This document shows positions 60,601 to 64,000 of a DNA stretch of 64,000 nucleotides, in pieces. A program made the translations under genes and the position numbers. This DNA is from an uncultured archaeon (GTDB taxonomy: Archaea > Thermoproteota > Bathyarchaeia > Bathyarchaeales > Bathycorpusculaceae). The notes beneath the pieces were generated by a model, which worked only from the letters and a program-made list of their open reading frames with translations, searched no databases and was not told where the DNA came from. Location: positions 1 to 64,000 of the forward strand of contig CAWALK010000011.1 of the NCBI GenBank assembly GCA_963782915.1, in the 5' to 3' direction. The first letter of the stretch is position 1. Each line of letters starts with the position of its first letter.

Positions 60601-61999
60601 ATGCAAAAGAAACTAGTCGCGATTCTCGGAGTAGCCGTTATAGCTATAATTGTAGTCGCCGCTTTCGTGGCATCAGGACAATTCGCTACCGTACCATCCA
60701 CAGATGCAAGGTCTATCAAAATCGGTTTAGTCGCCTGTTCAGAACGTGCTGAAGGAGACGACATGAACCGCGCCGCGCAATTAGCAGTTAAAGAAATCAA
60801 CGATGCAGGAGGAGTCTTCGTTTCCGCATGGAACACAAAGGTTCCAATCGAAATAGTACACGTTGACACCAAAGACGATTCAGCAGCCAACGCTGTAGAA
60901 CCAGTAAGACGCGCAATACTTAAACGACAACGTTGATATGCTCATCGGCGGATACGCCAGCGCAGGCACCTTAGCCAACGAAGCCGTAGCAATGGAAAAC
61001 CGTGTCCCATACATCATCACAGGCGCCTCATCCACACTAATCACCCGAAGAGGCCCACAGGGAAACTATGCAGGCTTACCAGCAGACGACCCGAAACGAA
61101 CAGAGGACTCTGTAGGCATGAGTTACATGTTCCATTACTGCGTAACCACCTACGAATACAGCAAAACCGTGCTAAACTTCCTAAACAGCACCATGAAACC
61201 CACATTGGACAGCACCTATGGATTTGACGCTTCCAGACCACTCAGATTAGCAGTTATCTACAGAAACGATCCCTTTGGACAAGGAGTTTTAGCTGACAGC
61301 AAAGCCATCATACAAAGCAGCAACCTGCCCATCGAAATCGTCGCGGAACGAGCCTACACTGCCACAGCAACCTCATTCCAAACAGACTTAGGAGTAGTCA
61401 AAGACGCTAAACCAGACGCAGTCTATGTGGTTGACTTCATAAAGAACACCGCTGAAATCTTCAAAGAAGCCCAACAAGACGTCGGCCTAAACACTGCTTT
61501 GATAGCTGTTGAATGTTGTGATGACCCCGCATTCTATAAACTCATAGGCAACTATGGAGATGGAATGCTGATTGAATCACAATTCGGAGCCTACACAGAC
61601 CCAATCTACATGCCAAGCATCCAGAAGTACTATGATGACTTCAAAGCAATGCATGGTCAAGCGCCAGGATTCATGGGCGCAAGCACCTACGACGCCTTCT
61701 ACATAGCAAAAGACGCGATTGAACGGGCAGGCACAGTGGATAAAGCATCTGTTAGAACTGCAATAGAAACCACCAGCCTCAACCAACTCTTGATGATGAC
61801 TCAAACAGGCAAAATCGAGTTCTCTACAGGCACCAACTATCATGAAGTCCAAATCAGCACTTTCATGGAGCAAATGAATTACAAAGCAGACCTTAGCGAA
61901 TGCAGAACCAAAATAGTCTATCCAGACTCCGCAGCGGTTATTGGAACCTTAAAGCAAGCAACCTTTGTTTTGCCACCAGGTTACGTACCAGGCAGTTAA
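60601..61999 (+). CDS. livK: Branched-chain amino acid ABC substrate-binding protein, frameshift near 60921
   Basis: IKIGLV, AVKEINDAGG, IGGYAS, ND.FGQG, YDAFYIAKDAIERAG. Confidence 0.87.
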
Positions 62000-62111
62000 A
62001 TCCATTATCAAATACCTTCCTTTCTTTTCTTATTTTTTCCAGTAATAAATTGAGCCATAATTCTCGTATGTTTTAAATACCATAATTGAGAAAATATGTA
62101 AAGCTGATCGC

Positions 62112-63017
62112 ATGTTTGATCTCTCAGGGTTAGCTAATGCGTTGCTGTGGGGAGTAGCCACAGGCTGCATCTATATCCTCTTAGCCACTGGATTGAACAT
62201 TATTTTTGGCGTTATGAAACTCGTCAACTTCGCGCATGGCCAACTGCTCATGTTGGGCGCATACTTCGCGTTTGCCGTCTCCAGCGCCTTTAGCATAAAC
62301 TCGTATCTCACCACTATTGGCTTAAACTTTTACTTATCCATCGTAGTCGCCATAGTCGCAGTTGCCTTAGTCGGGGTTGCTCTTGAGCGATTAACGTTTA
62401 ACCGTGTACGCGGAAAAGACAAACTAACAGAAATCTTCCTCAGCTTAGCGTTAATCTCGATTTTCGAGAACGCAGTGATTCTTTGGCAAGGCTTCGATTT
62501 ACATCAAATCACAAGCCCCTTCGCAGGACTCAGCGTCCCAGTGGGTTCAGTATCAATCAGTTATGATTGGTTATTCGCCGTCGGCTTCGTCATAGTTACT
62601 CTTGTTGTCTTGTTTGTTTTGCTCAAAAAAACCAAGATTGGCTTAGCAATAAGGGCGACAAGCCAAAAAGGCGAAGCAGCCACCCTTATGGGCATCAACA
62701 TCAAACACGTCTACATCTTCACTTTCGCTTTGGGCGCAGCCTTGGCAGGTGCAGCGGGCGCACTCTACGGAATGGTATTCGCGTTTGACCCCTATGTCGG
62801 CGCTTTCCCAACAATCAAAGCGTTTGCCATCATTATCCTCGGCGGCTTTGGCAGCATACCTGGCGCAATAATAGGCGGTTTACTCTACGGAATCGCAGAG
62901 AACACAGCTGTGTTCTTTTTAGGCGGCATTTGGCAGGATGCAATCGCTTTTGCCATGCTTATCGCTGTGCTGATTATTAGGCCGAATGGGATTTTCGGCG
63001 AAAAGGAGGACCAATAA
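62112..63017 (+). CDS. livH: Branched-chain amino acid ABC permease
   Basis: GLNIIFGVMKLVNFAHG, TKIGLAIRA, IILGGFGS, RPNGIFG. Confidence 0.93.
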   Translation: MFDLSGLANALLWGVATGCIYILLATGLNIIFGVMKLVNFAHGQLLMLGAYFAFAVSSAFSINSYLTTIGLNFYLSIVVAIVAVALVGVALERLTFNRVRGKDKLTEIFLSLALISIFENAVILWQGFDLHQITSPFAGLSVPVGSVSISYDWLFAVGFVIVTLVVLFVLLKKTKIGLAIRATSQKGEAATLMGINIKHVYIFTFALGAALAGAAGALYGMVFAFDPYVGAFPTIKAFAIIILGGFGSIPGAIIGGLLYGIAENTAVFFLGGIWQDAIAFAMLIAVLIIRPNGIFGEKEDQ

Positions 63018-64000
63018 TGAAGCTACCAATAACGCTGTCAACCAGAACCCTCAAAGAGGACCTTCGGCACTCCAGAAAACTGCAAATCGCCATAATCACC
63101 CTCGTAGCCGCATGCCTACTGCCATTGCTGGATAGAACGGGCTTTGTCACCAGCGAAGTCTTAACGCCCATAGTGATTTTTGCGATTTATGCGTCGGCTT
63201 GGAATTTGCTTGCGTATTCGGGGCAGGCGTCTTTGGGGCATGCCGCGTTTTTGGGTATCGGGGGATTTGTTTCAGCGCTTATCGGCGTAAAGTTAGGGTT
63301 GCCGCCGCTAATGGGGTTGTTTGTTGGAGCCGCTTTCTCAGCATTGATCGGGCTACTGATTGGGCTTGCCTGTGTTAGGCTTAAAACCTGGTTTTTAGCA
63401 ATCGTTACCTTTGGTTTCTCAGTTATCGCAGCGACGTTGTTTACACAGTTTGACTCTGTCGTGGGCGGCGTCTTGGGATTTGCGCCAAAAACTATTGCGC
63501 CACAAGGGCTTCCACTGTACTATGTGGCGTTTGCTTTTGCAGCAGTGTCAATCTTTGCGATTTATCTGGTGATAAAATCGAAGTGGGGCTTAGCTTTCCG
63601 AGCAATCCACCAAAACGAGCAAGAAGCCAAAATGATAGGCATCAACGTCGCCAAATACCGCTTACTCGCATTTGTCATAAGCACATTCTTCGCGGGTTTA
63701 GCAGGAGGATTATACGTAATGTCCACTTCCTACGTGGATGTCTCAATATTTAGTTTAGAACACTCCTTAGAACCGTTGATGATGGCGGTTGTCGGCGGGT
63801 TAATGACGGTTGAGGGACCAATTATTGGCGCAGTCATAGTTGTCTCGTTAGAATCGTATCTGCCAACCCTGGAGCCTCTTTTGCGGTCTAATCTGGGTTT
63901 CATGTTTCCCGAAGTAAGCAACGTCGGACCATACTTGACTGCGTTGGGTTTGGGATTGTTCTTTGTTGTTATGATTATTTTTGCTCCTGGAGGCGTAACT
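63017..64000 (+). CDS. livM: Branched-chain amino acid ABC permease (runs off window; not in ORF track)
   Basis: Manual translation: WNLLAYSGQASLGHAAFLGIG, SKWGLAFRAIHQNE, VVGGLMTVEGPIIGA. Confidence 0.88.
   Translation, partial: MKLPITLSTRTLKEDLRHSRKLQIAIITLVAACLLPLLDRTGFVTSEVLTPIVIFAIYASAWNLLAYSGQASLGHAAFLGIGGFVSALIGVKLGLPPLMGLFVGAAFSALIGLLIGLACVRLKTWFLAIVTFGFSVIAATLFTQFDSVVGGVLGFAPKTIAPQGLPLYYVAFAFAAVSIFAIYLVIKSKWGLAFRAIHQNEQEAKMIGINVAKYRLLAFVISTFFAGLAGGLYVMSTSYVDVSIFSLEHSLEPLMMAVVGGLMTVEGPIIGAVIVVSLESYLPTLEPLLRSNLGFMFPEVSNVGPYLTALGLGLFFVVMIIFAPGGVT

Noticed and set aside
1-64000. CRISPR array, transposase, integrase, rRNA
   Set aside because: No regularly spaced direct repeats and no recognisable DDE, HUH or tyrosine-recombinase ORF or rRNA sequence seen

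Overview
Archaeal chromosomal DNA, most likely from a Bathyarchaeia (Thermoproteota) genome. The lineage call is an inference from TFB, aIF1/SUI1, a thermosome-like protein, a DUF5752-like protein, a large PQQ-like beta-propeller surface protein and Thr/Pro-linker secreted proteins. Left to right the window holds: (1) a NikR-family regulator with znuABC and a small unannotated desulforedoxin-like peptide; (2) a compact candidate aerobic module with tatA, a Tat-exported gluconate-dehydrogenase-like GMC pair with no cytochrome c subunit, heme O synthase, a CuA-type heme-copper oxidase (subunits I-IV) with atypical K-channel residues, two membrane-anchored blue copper proteins and DUF420; (3) a divergent chaperonin, flavodoxin, DNA glycosylase and PAS kinase; (4) a second NikR with an FecCD/BtuCDF-type transporter and three 28-bp operators; (5) sui1, tfb and tRNA-Gln followed by an accessory region of surface-protein genes with shared gene-end repeats; (6) a complete hoxEFUYH [NiFe]-hydrogenase; (7) an aromatic/branched-chain amino-acid catabolism cluster (acyl-CoA ligase-GNAT fusion, ACT, liv, paaK, iorAB) whose IorA carries an inserted four-cluster ferredoxin. 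A bipartite non-coding element of about 217 bp occurs three times. About 15 single-base frameshifts in otherwise intact genes most likely reflect assembly indel errors. All family assignments come from motif recognition by eye, not database searches.
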